From TPA_inf: Saccharomyces (Eukaryota): a DNA stretch of 64,000 bases. Below the pieces are notes generated by a model. It saw only the letters and a program-made list of their open reading frames with translations, made no database searches and was not told where the DNA came from. The position numbers and the translations under genes were made by a program. The first letter of the stretch is position 1; every line of letters starts with the position of its first letter. Below, in pieces: positions 1-10,489 of the stretch. Location of the stretch: contig BK006936.2 in the NCBI GenBank assembly GCA_000146045.2, positions 416,001 through 480,000 of the forward strand. Direction: 5' to 3'.

Positions 1-906
1 CAACAAGAAACAAACTTTGCCATTAATTTCTTAATGGGTGGTGTGAGTGCGGCCATCGCTAAAACTGCTGCCTCACCAATCGAAAGAGTCAAGATCTTGA
101 TCCAAAATCAAGATGAAATGATCAAGCAAGGAACTTTAGATAAAAAGTATTCCGGTATCGTGGATTGTTTCAAGAGAACTGCAAAGCAAGAGGGACTAAT
201 ATCCTTTTGGCGAGGAAATACTGCCAATGTTATTCGTTATTTTCCCACTCAAGCTTTGAACTTCGCCTTCAAAGATAAGATTAAGTTGATGTTTGGTTTC
301 AAGAAAGAGGAAGGCTATGGTAAATGGTTTGCAGGTAATCTGGCTTCTGGTGGTGCAGCTGGTGCTCTTTCGTTATTATTTGTTTATTCTTTAGATTTTG
401 CCAGAACCAGACTTGCTGCTGATGCAAAATCGTCGAAAAAGGGTGGCGCTCGCCAATTCAATGGGTTGACTGATGTTTATAAAAAGACCTTGAAATCGGA
501 TGGTATCGCAGGATTATACAGAGGATTCATGCCATCAGTAGTGGGTATCGTGGTTTATAGAGGACTATATTTCGGTATGTTTGATTCTCTCAAGCCACTG
601 GTGCTAACTGGTTCATTAGATGGTTCATTCTTGGCTTCATTTTTATTGGGATGGGTGGTCACTACAGGTGCCTCAACATGTTCTTATCCATTAGACACAG
701 TGAGAAGAAGAATGATGATGACTTCAGGTCAAGCAGTAAAGTACAACGGTGCTATAGATTGTCTCAAAAAAATCGTAGCTTCTGAAGGTGTAGGGTCATT
801 GTTCAAAGGCTGCGGGGCAAATATCTTGAGAAGTGTTGCTGGAGCTGGTGTTATTTCCATGTATGACCAGTTGCAAATGATATTGTTCGGTAAAAAATTC
901 AAATGA
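1..906 (+). CDS. AAC3: ADP/ATP carrier (mitochondrial inner-membrane carrier family), 5'-truncated at window edge; frame 1 from nt 1 reads [21 protein letters not shown]...
   Basis: The translation is an unmistakable ADP/ATP translocase with three carrier repeats, including the RRRMMM signature. Its position upstream of IST2, RFC5 and POL30 matches YBR085W. The ORF continues in frame to nt 1 with no start codon, so the N-terminus lies outside the window. Confidence 0.9.
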   Translation, partial: QQETNFAINFLMGGVSAAIAKTAASPIERVKILIQNQDEMIKQGTLDKKYSGIVDCFKRTAKQEGLISFWRGNTANVIRYFPTQALNFAFKDKIKLMFGFKKEEGYGKWFAGNLASGGAAGALSLLFVYSLDFARTRLAADAKSSKKGGARQFNGLTDVYKKTLKSDGIAGLYRGFMPSVVGIVVYRGLYFGMFDSLKPLVLTGSLDGSFLASFLLGWVVTTGASTCSYPLDTVRRRMMMTSGQAVKYNGAIDCLKKIVASEGVGSLFKGCGANILRSVAGAGVISMYDQLQMILFGKKFK

Positions 907-2906
907 TCAGTTGGATGAAGAAAAAAGTCATTTTCTCGACTTCTCTTCACCTTTCGATCGATTTGATTTTGGCCGCCAACTTGTTTATAGAAAAAAAATA
1001 GTAGGAAGGTTATGTATCGCTTTCTTTTATTTTTTATTATAGAGTATAACTGAATAAATTTGTAAATCAGCCACTGTTGTTCGATTGCTTTTTGGGGAAG
1101 TGAACTTGAGACCTTTAACTTTCGGCTTTCAGATGGTTGGATAGCAATTTTCACACAATTTGGACATTGTCTCCAAGTTTTCCACAATGATGAAGGTTCT
1201 TTGTTAAGTGCATTCCCCCCCTTTTAAGTACCTTGGCTATCAATTTTATACCCATTTTTCGTATTTACCATTTAATTAACGATCCAATTATTAGCGTTAA
1301 TTACGGAAGCGCCAATGAATTTTTAGAAATCAGAACCATAGTTTTGAGCTCAACGGAACTATCCAGGATAATTTCTCAAAGCTTTATCAAGATGAGCATA
1401 ATTTTCCTTTCGGGGTGTAGACCTTATAAGAGCTTCCGCGTTTTTGTTCTACATTCCATTGAGAAATTTGTTGCCAAAGTTTGCCAATGATCAATGGTAA
1501 ACATAACGGTTCTAAGACTCAACCTTCACTATTTGGAGAGTGATGCTTCAAGATAAGCATCCTGATCCATTTTATAATATTTGTTAGGGTTTTCGAGAAC
1601 TTAGATAAGAATCAATTATTGTCAGTATTATTACATTTTGGTTTTTAATTTTAACATTTTATTTTTATTTTTTTGACAATTCTCAAATAAATTTCATAGC
1701 AAAAAGGGAGAAAGATTTCAGAAGAATACAAACTTAGGACCTTCTTATGACTATTTCCAACATTCTCATCGTCCTCTCAACGGGATAAAAGTTCAGTTCC
1801 TGTTAAAAAAGAATAATTCTTACTGAGAATGAAGTATTCAAAGAAATTTAATATTTTTGAAATATTTTTTGGGATTGCGCAAACATATGCCCTCTCAAAA
1901 GCAAGACAAAAATTTAGCAAACTTTATAACGATTACACCATTATTTTCTCATAATTTTCGCTAGACATTTCTACAGTACTTGTGGACGTTGGAAATGAAA
2001 GACATAGTATGAAAAAGATGATCAATTTTTCGCAATTGGTTGAGTAAATTTCAGGTCTTTTTTGGGGATATTTTTCAACTGAGAAATTCAAAACTGACAA
2101 GAATTAAAAATGAGAAAAGATTGCGAGCTTTTCTATTCATGTGATACATCGCCTTTTAATTATATATAGTCATGTTTAAGGGATTTTAGAGGGTAAAACA
2201 AGTTATTGAAAGGGTCCGTAGTCGGCTGCGCAGGAAATGCCCTTTCATAGAGCGGACGTACCACAACGCGCATGTAGTTGAGCGCCGTTCCTGCTCTGAT
2301 CATACTATACTAGACAGGGAAAAATCCATTTTTAAAACGTGTGACTGTTTTCCCTGTCGGTCCCGAAGTAAGATGAGGTTGCCTAATGAATAGCAGCAAA
2401 CGATACTTTCAGTATTCGTCCTTTAAAGAATTTTGCACTTTTGACCAAGACCTCTGATTTGCGAGACCTCCCAGTTCGGATGCTTTAAGACACCTCCAAA
2501 TCTCTAGAAAACTCAACTACAATGCGTCCAGGTATAGAGACGAAATTAATTAAATGAAAAACTTATACGTATACGAACTATCTACCAGCCTGTAATTCAC
2601 TTATTTAGAATATTTATTTAAATTTTTTTTAAAAACATCAAAAGCAGACGGACAAACGTTTTAAACCAATGACAGGGTCATGGTAATAATAATAGCTTTA
2701 TCTTTTTTTATTTCTTTCACTTTCGGTTGGTGAAATCAAGTACTTAAAAGACCTAACAAACTCTACAATTTGCGCCTTTCTTTCCCCTAATAGAACATGT
2801 TAGATTTATAAGCGAAAACGGAAAAGAAAACTACAGCCCAGCAATAAGAGTGCAAATCAAAGTGTGCATGAAGTGACTCGTATCGAACAAATATTTAGCC
2901 ACTCGT

Positions 2907-3164
2907 TCAAGCCTGGCCGGCCAAATCCAAAAGATAATCTTTGGCCTCACCAATGATATTAGCGATGACTTCGCCGTCCTTTAGCACATAACCATGTGAT
3001 TTATCCTCGCTTAAAACTGTTTGAATTTCATAGTTCTTTTTCTCTTGCTTCTTCAAAAACTCCTGGTACCCACTGACTGTCGTCAGTTCAACAGGTGCGC
3101 TTTGCAAGAAAGAACCGGTAGAATGAGTAAAATTTGTGCTTTGTTTGTATAGAGCAGATGACAT
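2907..3164 (-). CDS. YBR085C-A: Small 85-aa protein of unknown function
   Basis: An 85-aa ORF sits alone in otherwise ORF-poor DNA. Its position and length match the small chrII gene between AAC3 and IST2. The systematic name is assigned by position only. Confidence 0.55.
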   Translation of the reverse strand: MSSALYKQSTNFTHSTGSFLQSAPVELTTVSGYQEFLKKQEKKNYEIQTVLSEDKSHGYVLKDGEVIANIIGEAKDYLLDLAGQA

Positions 3165-4200
3165 GTTATAGTATAATGTAATTTATTGTAGTTGGTAACT
3201 TGAGCCCCTATCGAATGAAGAGTGCGCCGCTTTCCCTTATACAAACTGGAGCCGCAAGTCCTTTGTCCCTTTTATAATAATGAGATGATCCGGTGATAAC
3301 TACTTATTGCCAGAAAAAGCCCAGATCAGATAATTAATGGGGGCAAACCAAAACAAGAAAAAAAACCGCGAAATGAAGTGCGGGTCAAAAAGAGGAAAAA
3401 GGAATATGGATAACATGTATGCGCGCACTGACGTAACTGCACGTACTTCAGAAGCAACATATATTCAACAAAACTAAGCAAGAAGATATTATTAGCTGTA
3501 ACTATATCACATTTAGACTTACCCCTATCGTTCATACTTCCCACTGCAACCCTAGTTGTAGTTCTGCTAATAGTCGGCCAATCTTGAACATGTACTGTAA
3601 GGCCCAAAAGGGCTCCAGGGATGCCCTTCTACAAAGCATTTCACATGCTAATAAAAGCCCCGTTACATAATAACATCTCCCGCCCACAAAAGCGTTTGAT
3701 CCTGTTTTTCTATTTGCTTCCATAAAAAATCGGATCACATTTCCTTTTCTTCCGCCTTAGATCTGCACCGAGATCTTTTGCGCTCTATTTTACCCCTAGA
3801 AACTGGACCCGGCCTAGAATCTTTCACTGCCACCAGAGAGTTTTAGCCTCGCTCTCTTTTAATTTGCTGAAAAAGGGTTTCCTGATAGAAGCCGCGGTTA
3901 ATAGAAAAACGGCAAAAAAGTTATGGTCGGTATGTTCTACCCCCCTGGATATAATCGTGTGACTAACATACGTAATGAATCCTAGCTGTGACTCCTCTCG
4001 AACGAAGAAGAAAGAGGCAATGCATGCGTAGAAACTAAATCTTGAGATTTCTGTTTGATGAAAACACTGCACAAGGTAAAATGAATTATTCTTTTAAAAT
4101 TAGAGATACATAAAACATACACTTGATAGAAAGAAGAATACATATTAATTTAATGTCACCATATTATAAAAATAAAATTTGTTATCGTCCTAGCTTTTTT

Positions 4201-7041
4201 TTAAAGCTTCTTTTTCAGCTTATGCAATAGCCCCTTTTTATGTTTTGGTTTTTCCTTTGCCGCCGATGAAGAGGAAGAGGATTCGGTTGTCTTAGAATTG
4301 TTCGTGACATTCTTCACTCCAGCATCACGATGGCGGTGGTGGTGATGATGATGGTGGGGCTGAGTAGCATCTGTAGTAGTAGTAGTAGTAGTATTGTTAT
4401 TAGATGGTCTCGCAGAATCCTTAGTTTCCTTCGTGGAAATAGATCTTGATGGGCCATTTTTCGTGCTTACTTCAGTCTTTTTTGTTTGTTCAGTAGCCAC
4501 TGAAACCTTCGATTGGTTATCGTTAACAGCTGCGTTGACAACAGGCTTAATATTTGCATCTTTAATGAGTGGAGTCTTAGTGGCAGCATCGTCTTTGGCC
4601 TGGGTATTTTCGTTATTTTCGCCACCAGTAACAGCAATTTTGGGTATTTGATCAATTTTTCTACTTAGTGCATCAACGGCGTCACCATCTGGCAAAAGCT
4701 TACTTTCCGTGCCTAAGGTGTTGTTATTGGTGGCGTTGGAAGATTCTGCACTGGATTTCGCATCCCTAATGGATTTACCGTCCTCATCAAACCTTAAGTA
4801 GTAATTTTTAGATGTTGGAATTGTTTCTGGTAAAGTGGCGCCCGCAACACCATATGAGCCAACGGTAGGCACCTTCACCAAAGAATTTCTTTTTTCAGTA
4901 CTTTCTGTGGCCAATGGCTTTTTACCAGCAGATCCGGCTGTATCGTTATCAACAGCTTTGACTACACCGGTTTTGCTGCTAGAAGAAGAAGAAGATAATG
5001 AAGGCGAGGAGGCTGAGGATAAAGAAGACGGATCATTGTTGGCATGAGTGGCAGCATGTGCCTCATATCCATTGGCAGAAGAGGCAGGCTGTTTCTCACC
5101 GAGTTCTTGGTGCAACTTCTCATTCGCAGACCCTTTTCTTTGAACTAGTTCTTTTTCGTTATTCGAATTAAATTCAGGGGAGGGAATTTTTTCAAAGACT
5201 TCTTGTTTTGGTGGGTTTTGCACGTTAACTACATGCTTTGGCACAATGCCATTTGCAACGTCATCATGGGAAGATTTCAAAATACTAGAGAAAAGGAAGA
5301 AAATAGCAACACTAACATGCTCAATAAAAACAGCATATAGTACAATATTTATCCACGAGTGGTTTATTGGATTTGCTAGGTACCAAGCTTTATTCGTATG
5401 GATGGAAGTATGAGCGCCGACACCTGGTATATTACAGCTCTGGTACATATAGGTCAAAGTAGCAGTGATAACACAACCTAAGATGGAGAACATAACTAAG
5501 ACAGAGTTCCATAGACCAACCGTCAGTTTTTGGGTATTAGACACAGAGGATGGCTTATCGTAGATTGGAAATGGAAAATACTCAGGTTTACTATAAAGCA
5601 CAGCTTTCCTCAAATCGACTTGGTAAACAATCAAATTGACTATCAAACAGATAAATGGAGCTAGTGGCCAAATTGTAGAAAACATAACAAGATACCCGAA
5701 TTGTAGAAGAAGCTTTTTGAAGTTGGCGTCCAAATCAAATGTTGCTCCCCAGGGGTCTGTTTGGTACGACTTAACCTTTGACCAAATTTTCATATCTGAT
5801 GAGCTGAGTTGAGCTTTACCGATTTCACTCTCAGCTTTGACAAAGTTAGGATTTGGTCCATTAATTTTCTGCTGAGCAATGCTAACAAGGCTTGGAACAA
5901 AGTTTTCCATGCTAAATTGAATCAGTTGGTTGATAACAATAAAGTAGAAAAATTGATCTTCATAGCGCTTTGTATCAATAATAAAATCTGAATCATGGGT
6001 AGGTAAACGGGCCAATATTGAAAAGGCATTGAAAACCTTAGTTCTTATTTCTGCGGTCAACAAATGCCCCATTGGCAGATAAAGAAATAGTGTAATTAAT
6101 AGGGGAACGTAACTGGATAGAAAAATAATAACAAAGTTCTTAGCTTCTTTAGATTTCTTTGCATTCACAACACTGCTATGATTTTCCCACTTTGTCATTG
6201 GTTCTACGAAATATTTGTTGTAAATCACAGTTAAAACCGGAGTAAACGTGCAAATAAGTATAGTAGGCAAAAAAGACAAGATGGAAATCATTGGGCCGTT
6301 ATAAATTTGCTTGATGAAAATTTCCAACGCAAAACAATATAGCTGGAATGATAGTAATATTGCGCCAAACAACAAAGCCACAGGAATAAAACAACATTTC
6401 TTCAACATGATAACCGAACTAGCTTTTTTTTGGGCTTTCTGTTTATCTTGAAGAAACTCAATGGTAGAAAATGATGAGTATTTACTCAGTCTATCAGACC
6501 AAAATGGTTCATATTTATAAAGCCAAAAGGCTGTAAATGACAATGTCCATAGGATGGCGAACAGCGAGTATGTGGAATTGAATTCATACGTAAAATTAGA
6601 TAAAAATCTAATTGATAATCCAAAAAAGGAGAAGGGAATCAACCATTTTATATAGTTCTGTAAGAATGCAAAATATAAGGATTGTTTGGGATTATTGGTC
6701 AAATTCGATAGGTTGTACAACTCATACTGTTTTGGAGCCTCCAGTATTTTTGATTTGCTGATAGAAATCAGTTTATGCAAATCATCGGACAATTCAGTAT
6801 CATGATATGGTATGATGGATTCAATGAAGTCCAGATTCTGCAAAAATGAAAAAAGCGGTTTCGCATTATCCTGATGGATTCTAATAAACGCATAGCTTGT
6901 TTGCAGATCATGGCCAGGTTCGATAATAGAATGTATATTCAAACGTTTGAATTCGACATTCAAACTCTTCTCGTTTGCACTCGAAGTTTTATTGAATACA
7001 ATAACACAATTCGGATCTAGAGATGTAATTGTCTGCGACAT
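4201..7041 (-). CDS. IST2: Cortical ER-plasma membrane tether, TMEM16/anoctamin-like multi-pass membrane protein with long disordered C-terminal tail ending in a polybasic lipid-binding segment (946 aa)
   Basis: The 946-aa ORF has many hydrophobic helices in its N-terminal two thirds. The C-terminal third is Ser/Thr/Asn-rich and low-complexity, with a His7 run and a poly-Thr run. It ends in the lysine-rich tail KKGLLHKLKKKL. The ATG at 7041 was verified on the minus strand. Confidence 0.9.
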   Translation of the reverse strand: MSQTITSLDPNCVIVFNKTSSANEKSLNVEFKRLNIHSIIEPGHDLQTSYAFIRIHQDNAKPLFSFLQNLDFIESIIPYHDTELSDDLHKLISISKSKILEAPKQYELYNLSNLTNNPKQSLYFAFLQNYIKWLIPFSFFGLSIRFLSNFTYEFNSTYSLFAILWTLSFTAFWLYKYEPFWSDRLSKYSSFSTIEFLQDKQKAQKKASSVIMLKKCCFIPVALLFGAILLSFQLYCFALEIFIKQIYNGPMISILSFLPTILICTFTPVLTVIYNKYFVEPMTKWENHSSVVNAKKSKEAKNFVIIFLSSYVPLLITLFLYLPMGHLLTAEIRTKVFNAFSILARLPTHDSDFIIDTKRYEDQFFYFIVINQLIQFSMENFVPSLVSIAQQKINGPNPNFVKAESEIGKAQLSSSDMKIWSKVKSYQTDPWGATFDLDANFKKLLLQFGYLVMFSTIWPLAPFICLIVNLIVYQVDLRKAVLYSKPEYFPFPIYDKPSSVSNTQKLTVGLWNSVLVMFSILGCVITATLTYMYQSCNIPGVGAHTSIHTNKAWYLANPINHSWINIVLYAVFIEHVSVAIFFLFSSILKSSHDDVANGIVPKHVVNVQNPPKQEVFEKIPSPEFNSNNEKELVQRKGSANEKLHQELGEKQPASSANGYEAHAATHANNDPSSLSSASSPSLSSSSSSSKTGVVKAVDNDTAGSAGKKPLATESTEKRNSLVKVPTVGSYGVAGATLPETIPTSKNYYLRFDEDGKSIRDAKSSAESSNATNNNTLGTESKLLPDGDAVDALSRKIDQIPKIAVTGGENNENTQAKDDAATKTPLIKDANIKPVVNAAVNDNQSKVSVATEQTKKTEVSTKNGPSRSISTKETKDSARPSNNNTTTTTTTDATQPHHHHHHHRHRDAGVKNVTNNSKTTESSSSSSAAKEKPKHKKGLLHKLKKKL

Positions 7042-7678
7042 AGTATGCTCAACCGCTTGTGCTTGTTTTAATCTTTTTCAAATGTATTTGACAAATTAGC
7101 CATAAATCGACCGAAACAGTATTCACCTTCAAAAATGTTAATGATGGTGAGAACGGTTATTGGAGCGACTGTTCAAATATCTTTTCCAGCCCCCTATTTC
7201 CAGCTTCCCTTATAGAAATAATTGCAACGGGGAAAAAAGGGATATTTCTTAATGAAGTCAATAATAGCTGCAAAAAGAAAACTATTTTTCAGTTGAAAAA
7301 TATGGAAAGTGCTTATTTATCAGAAAGCTTTTACAGTCTTTCACACTGATGTAGTGGTGGAATCTTTTTGTTTTGAAAACAACAGAGAAAAAAAAAAGAT
7401 AAAAAAAAGTGCCCTTGTTTGTTTTCGTCCCTAGAAGGAAAAAAAAAGAGAAGTTTCTCGCAGAGTGAAAAAAAATGTCAAGAAAAGATCCTACAAGAAC
7501 AAATTATGCGCAATAATATGCTTCGTGCTGTTTTAGGATCTTGGAGTCAGAAATAAAATAGTTTTGTAAATTTATGTAAGATGCTGTAGTCAAATTTATG
7601 TATCGAGTCTATGCATATGTACACCGTGTTGAGGAATCTTTTCTAGAAGCACTGCGGTGTCGCCTCTTGAATATTTTA

Positions 7679-7684
7679 ACGCGA
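7679..7684. promoter_or_regulatory. MCB-like core (ACGCGA) about 85 bp upstream of RFC5 ATG
   Basis: The sequence aacgcgatttt lies in the IST2/RFC5 divergent promoter. G1/S replication genes typically carry MluI cell-cycle box (MCB) elements. Confidence 0.35.
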
Positions 7685-7764
7685 TTTTTTATTCCTTGGA
7701 ACATAAAATAGACTTTTCATTTGTATGATGGTTCATGGAAATTATAGATTAGTACAGCACAAAC

Positions 7765-8829
7765 ATGTCATTGTGGGTAGATAAATACAGACCTAAGTCC
7801 TTGAATGCTCTTTCACATAATGAAGAGTTGACAAATTTTCTAAAATCGTTATCTGATCAGCCTCGTGATTTACCTCATCTTTTACTGTATGGACCAAATG
7901 GTACAGGTAAGAAAACGCGTTGTATGGCATTATTGGAGTCCATATTTGGACCTGGAGTCTATAGATTGAAAATTGATGTCAGACAATTTGTCACTGCTTC
8001 GAACAGAAAACTAGAACTGAATGTGGTCAGCTCGCCATACCATTTAGAGATCACGCCAAGTGATATGGGTAACAATGATAGAATTGTCATCCAAGAACTA
8101 TTGAAAGAAGTGGCTCAAATGGAACAAGTGGACTTTCAAGATTCTAAGGATGGACTTGCCCATAGATATAAGTGTGTTATTATCAACGAGGCGAACTCGT
8201 TAACAAAAGATGCTCAAGCTGCTTTAAGACGTACCATGGAAAAATACTCCAAAAACATTAGGTTGATAATGGTCTGCGATTCGATGTCGCCTATAATTGC
8301 TCCTATCAAATCCCGTTGTCTGTTGATTCGTTGTCCTGCACCAAGCGATAGCGAAATTTCAACTATCTTGTCTGATGTGGTGACAAATGAAAGAATACAA
8401 CTAGAAACAAAGGATATTTTAAAAAGAATTGCTCAGGCATCGAATGGAAACTTGCGAGTCTCCCTATTAATGCTTGAATCTATGGCACTGAACAACGAAT
8501 TAGCATTGAAAAGCAGTAGCCCTATAATAAAACCAGATTGGATTATAGTGATCCATAAATTAACGAGGAAAATCGTTAAAGAGAGATCTGTCAATTCTTT
8601 AATCGAATGCAGAGCTGTCCTATACGATTTACTAGCTCATTGTATACCTGCCAATATCATCTTAAAGGAACTAACGTTTTCTTTGTTGGATGTGGAAACC
8701 CTGAATACCACGAATAAATCGTCCATAATTGAATACTCAAGTGTTTTTGACGAAAGATTATCACTTGGAAACAAAGCAATATTCCATTTGGAAGGGTTCA
8801 TAGCAAAAGTTATGTGCTGTCTAGATTAA
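7765..8829 (+). CDS. RFC5: Replication factor C small subunit 5 (AAA+ clamp loader)
   Basis: The 354-aa ORF begins MSLWVDKYRP. It has the Walker A motif GPNGTGKKT, an RFC box and a SRC motif. Confidence 0.93.
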   Translation: MSLWVDKYRPKSLNALSHNEELTNFLKSLSDQPRDLPHLLLYGPNGTGKKTRCMALLESIFGPGVYRLKIDVRQFVTASNRKLELNVVSSPYHLEITPSDMGNNDRIVIQELLKEVAQMEQVDFQDSKDGLAHRYKCVIINEANSLTKDAQAALRRTMEKYSKNIRLIMVCDSMSPIIAPIKSRCLLIRCPAPSDSEISTILSDVVTNERIQLETKDILKRIAQASNGNLRVSLLMLESMALNNELALKSSSPIIKPDWIIVIHKLTRKIVKERSVNSLIECRAVLYDLLAHCIPANIILKELTFSLLDVETLNTTNKSSIIEYSSVFDERLSLGNKAIFHLEGFIAKVMCCLD

Positions 8830-8989
8830 TGTAAGATATGTCATAAATACTGTATAAGTCACACAAAAAGCTGATATTTAACGCATCTTAGTCTTTATTT
8901 TCTTTGTTATTTATTTTCATTTAAAACAAACTTTACTGTTTTTTTTTTGTTTATTATTTTTAGTATACAACTATATAGATAATTTACAT

Positions 8990-9766
8990 TTATTCTTCGT
9001 CATTAAATTTAGGAGCCAAGAAAAACTGTAGGAACCCACTCTTCAAATCAAATTGGAATAAAGCAGGAGCTTCGCTGGAGAGCCTGATACCAACTCTATC
9101 AGAAAGGGAGGAGCCCTTAATGATGTCCAATAAATATTTAGCTCCGAACGTCAAGTCGACAGGTTGATCCATTTCAAGTTTGATGCTTGTTTCAGGATGT
9201 TCCATATCCACGAATGGTTTTATTATGACTGAACCTGATCCGATATCACCGTCAGCTACAAACTTTATTGTTTCTTTGGTGATCATGATATTAATAGAAT
9301 CACTCAATTGGGACAAGTCACGAACAATTTTAGAGAATTCGGAAGATGGCAATGACAGGGTGGAGTCGTACTGTAATTCTTCAATCTTTAAGAAATCAGC
9401 ATCGATATCCATCAATTTCAGAGAGTATTCGGCTATACGGTCTTTCTTGGTATCCTCAAATAATAAGATGATGGAATCCGGTGTGTTGTCAGCAATTAGT
9501 GTTAATGTATCGGTGTTGTTACCACAACGTAGGATTTTACTTAGTGAGGTTAGATCCATACCTAACGTAACAGGATGGTCACATCTATATTCTTGGAAGG
9601 CTTCGACACCTATTTCCAAGGAGACCAATAGAACTCTTGAGTCATCGACAGCTTGTGCAATGATACCATCTTCTTTACATTGGAAATTGACCAACTGGAC
9701 ACAATCTTTGAAACCATCAATTATTCTCTTGAAAAGGGATGCTTCTTCAAATTTTGCTTCTAACAT
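8990..9766 (-). CDS. POL30: Proliferating cell nuclear antigen (DNA sliding clamp)
   Basis: The 258-aa ORF begins MLEAKFEEASLFKRIIDGFKDCVQLVNFQCKEDGIIAQAVDDSRVLLVSLEIG and is PCNA. The ATG at 9766 was verified. Confidence 0.95.
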   Translation of the reverse strand: MLEAKFEEASLFKRIIDGFKDCVQLVNFQCKEDGIIAQAVDDSRVLLVSLEIGVEAFQEYRCDHPVTLGMDLTSLSKILRCGNNTDTLTLIADNTPDSIILLFEDTKKDRIAEYSLKLMDIDADFLKIEELQYDSTLSLPSSEFSKIVRDLSQLSDSINIMITKETIKFVADGDIGSGSVIIKPFVDMEHPETSIKLEMDQPVDLTFGAKYLLDIIKGSSLSDRVGIRLSSEAPALFQFDLKSGFLQFFLAPKFNDEE

Positions 9767-9955
9767 TTTTTCTCTCTTTTGACTGCGTACTTAGTGCTTG
9801 CTGCTTGTTGCTGTGAGTGAAAAAGGACGGCGAAAGTGAAAGGTGCAAGTGGAAAGAAAGGAAGGCTAAAGCAAAAGTGTTTCTTATATATAATTTTATG
9901 TACCAGAGGAAGCAAAGTACGAAAACTATCAGTTGAAATCCAAAAAAAAAAAGTT

Positions 9956-9969
9956 ACGCGTTTCGCGTT
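9956..9969. promoter_or_regulatory. Two adjacent MCB elements (ACGCGT and ACGCGA on the opposite strand) about 190-200 bp upstream of POL30
   Basis: The sequence reads gttACGCGTttCGCGTtt. A perfect MluI site plus a second ACGCGN core is typical of MBF-regulated G1/S genes. Confidence 0.6.
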
Positions 9970-10189
9970 TTGGTGCGTCGGATGGAGAAGAAAAATGCTA
10001 AATAATTAGATATTGAAGAATCAGCATAAGTTGTGCGAAAAAGGAAGAGAATACATAAAAGAAAAGAAGGATATATAAGTAAAATAATGATAATAGTAAT
10101 AATAATAACACATAATGCAACCTACTCAACTTCTTTCTGAAGTTTCAAAAGTACGTTGTATGGGAGGTAGAGAACATTGAGTTGTTAGA

Positions 10190-10489
10190 TCAAGCACGTG
10201 TAGCATTGTACAATTCCTTTTCAGATTCGTATCTCTTCTTGTCTGCTTGAGCCTTAGATTCATAGGGTTGCTTTTCTTCAGCAGTTAAGGCCTTCCACCT
10301 CTCACCCAATATTCTGCCTACTTGGCCAAAAGTTACGTCAGGATTCTCGGAACGGACAATGTCTCTGTTTTCATTAGCAAAGAACATATAAGCTGACAAG
10401 CCCCTCTTAGGGGCGTTAGGATCCTTCTTTCTCCTGGTGGTCCTCTTCTTTGGTTCCTTTGGTTGCTTTGCTTCTTTAGTTGCGGCCAT
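10190..10489 (-). CDS. NHP6B: HMG-box non-histone chromatin protein (HMGB family, 99 aa)
   Basis: The ORF begins [69 protein letters not shown], which is an HMG box. The ATG at 10489 was verified. Confidence 0.93.

Noticed and set aside
1233-1490. 85-aa plus-strand ORF in the AAC3 3' flank, and other 60-95-aa ORFs between 3326 and 4072
   Set aside because: They are short and AT-rich, have no codon bias or motif, and lie in intergenic DNA. This is below the threshold for calling a gene.
2200-2420. Possible tRNA or small RNA gene in the GC-rich island of the AAC3-YBR085C-A gap
   Set aside because: I found no A-box (TRGCNNAGTGG) or B-box (GGTTCGANTCC) and no cloverleaf-compatible pairing, so I cannot support an RNA gene call from the sequence alone. 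It is kept only as a low-interest finding.
9180-9782. 200-aa ORF on the plus strand completely overlapping POL30 (dubious ORF, YBR089W-like)
   Set aside because: It lies entirely antisense to the strongly supported PCNA gene. Its low-complexity translation has no recognisable features. It is most likely a chance open frame.
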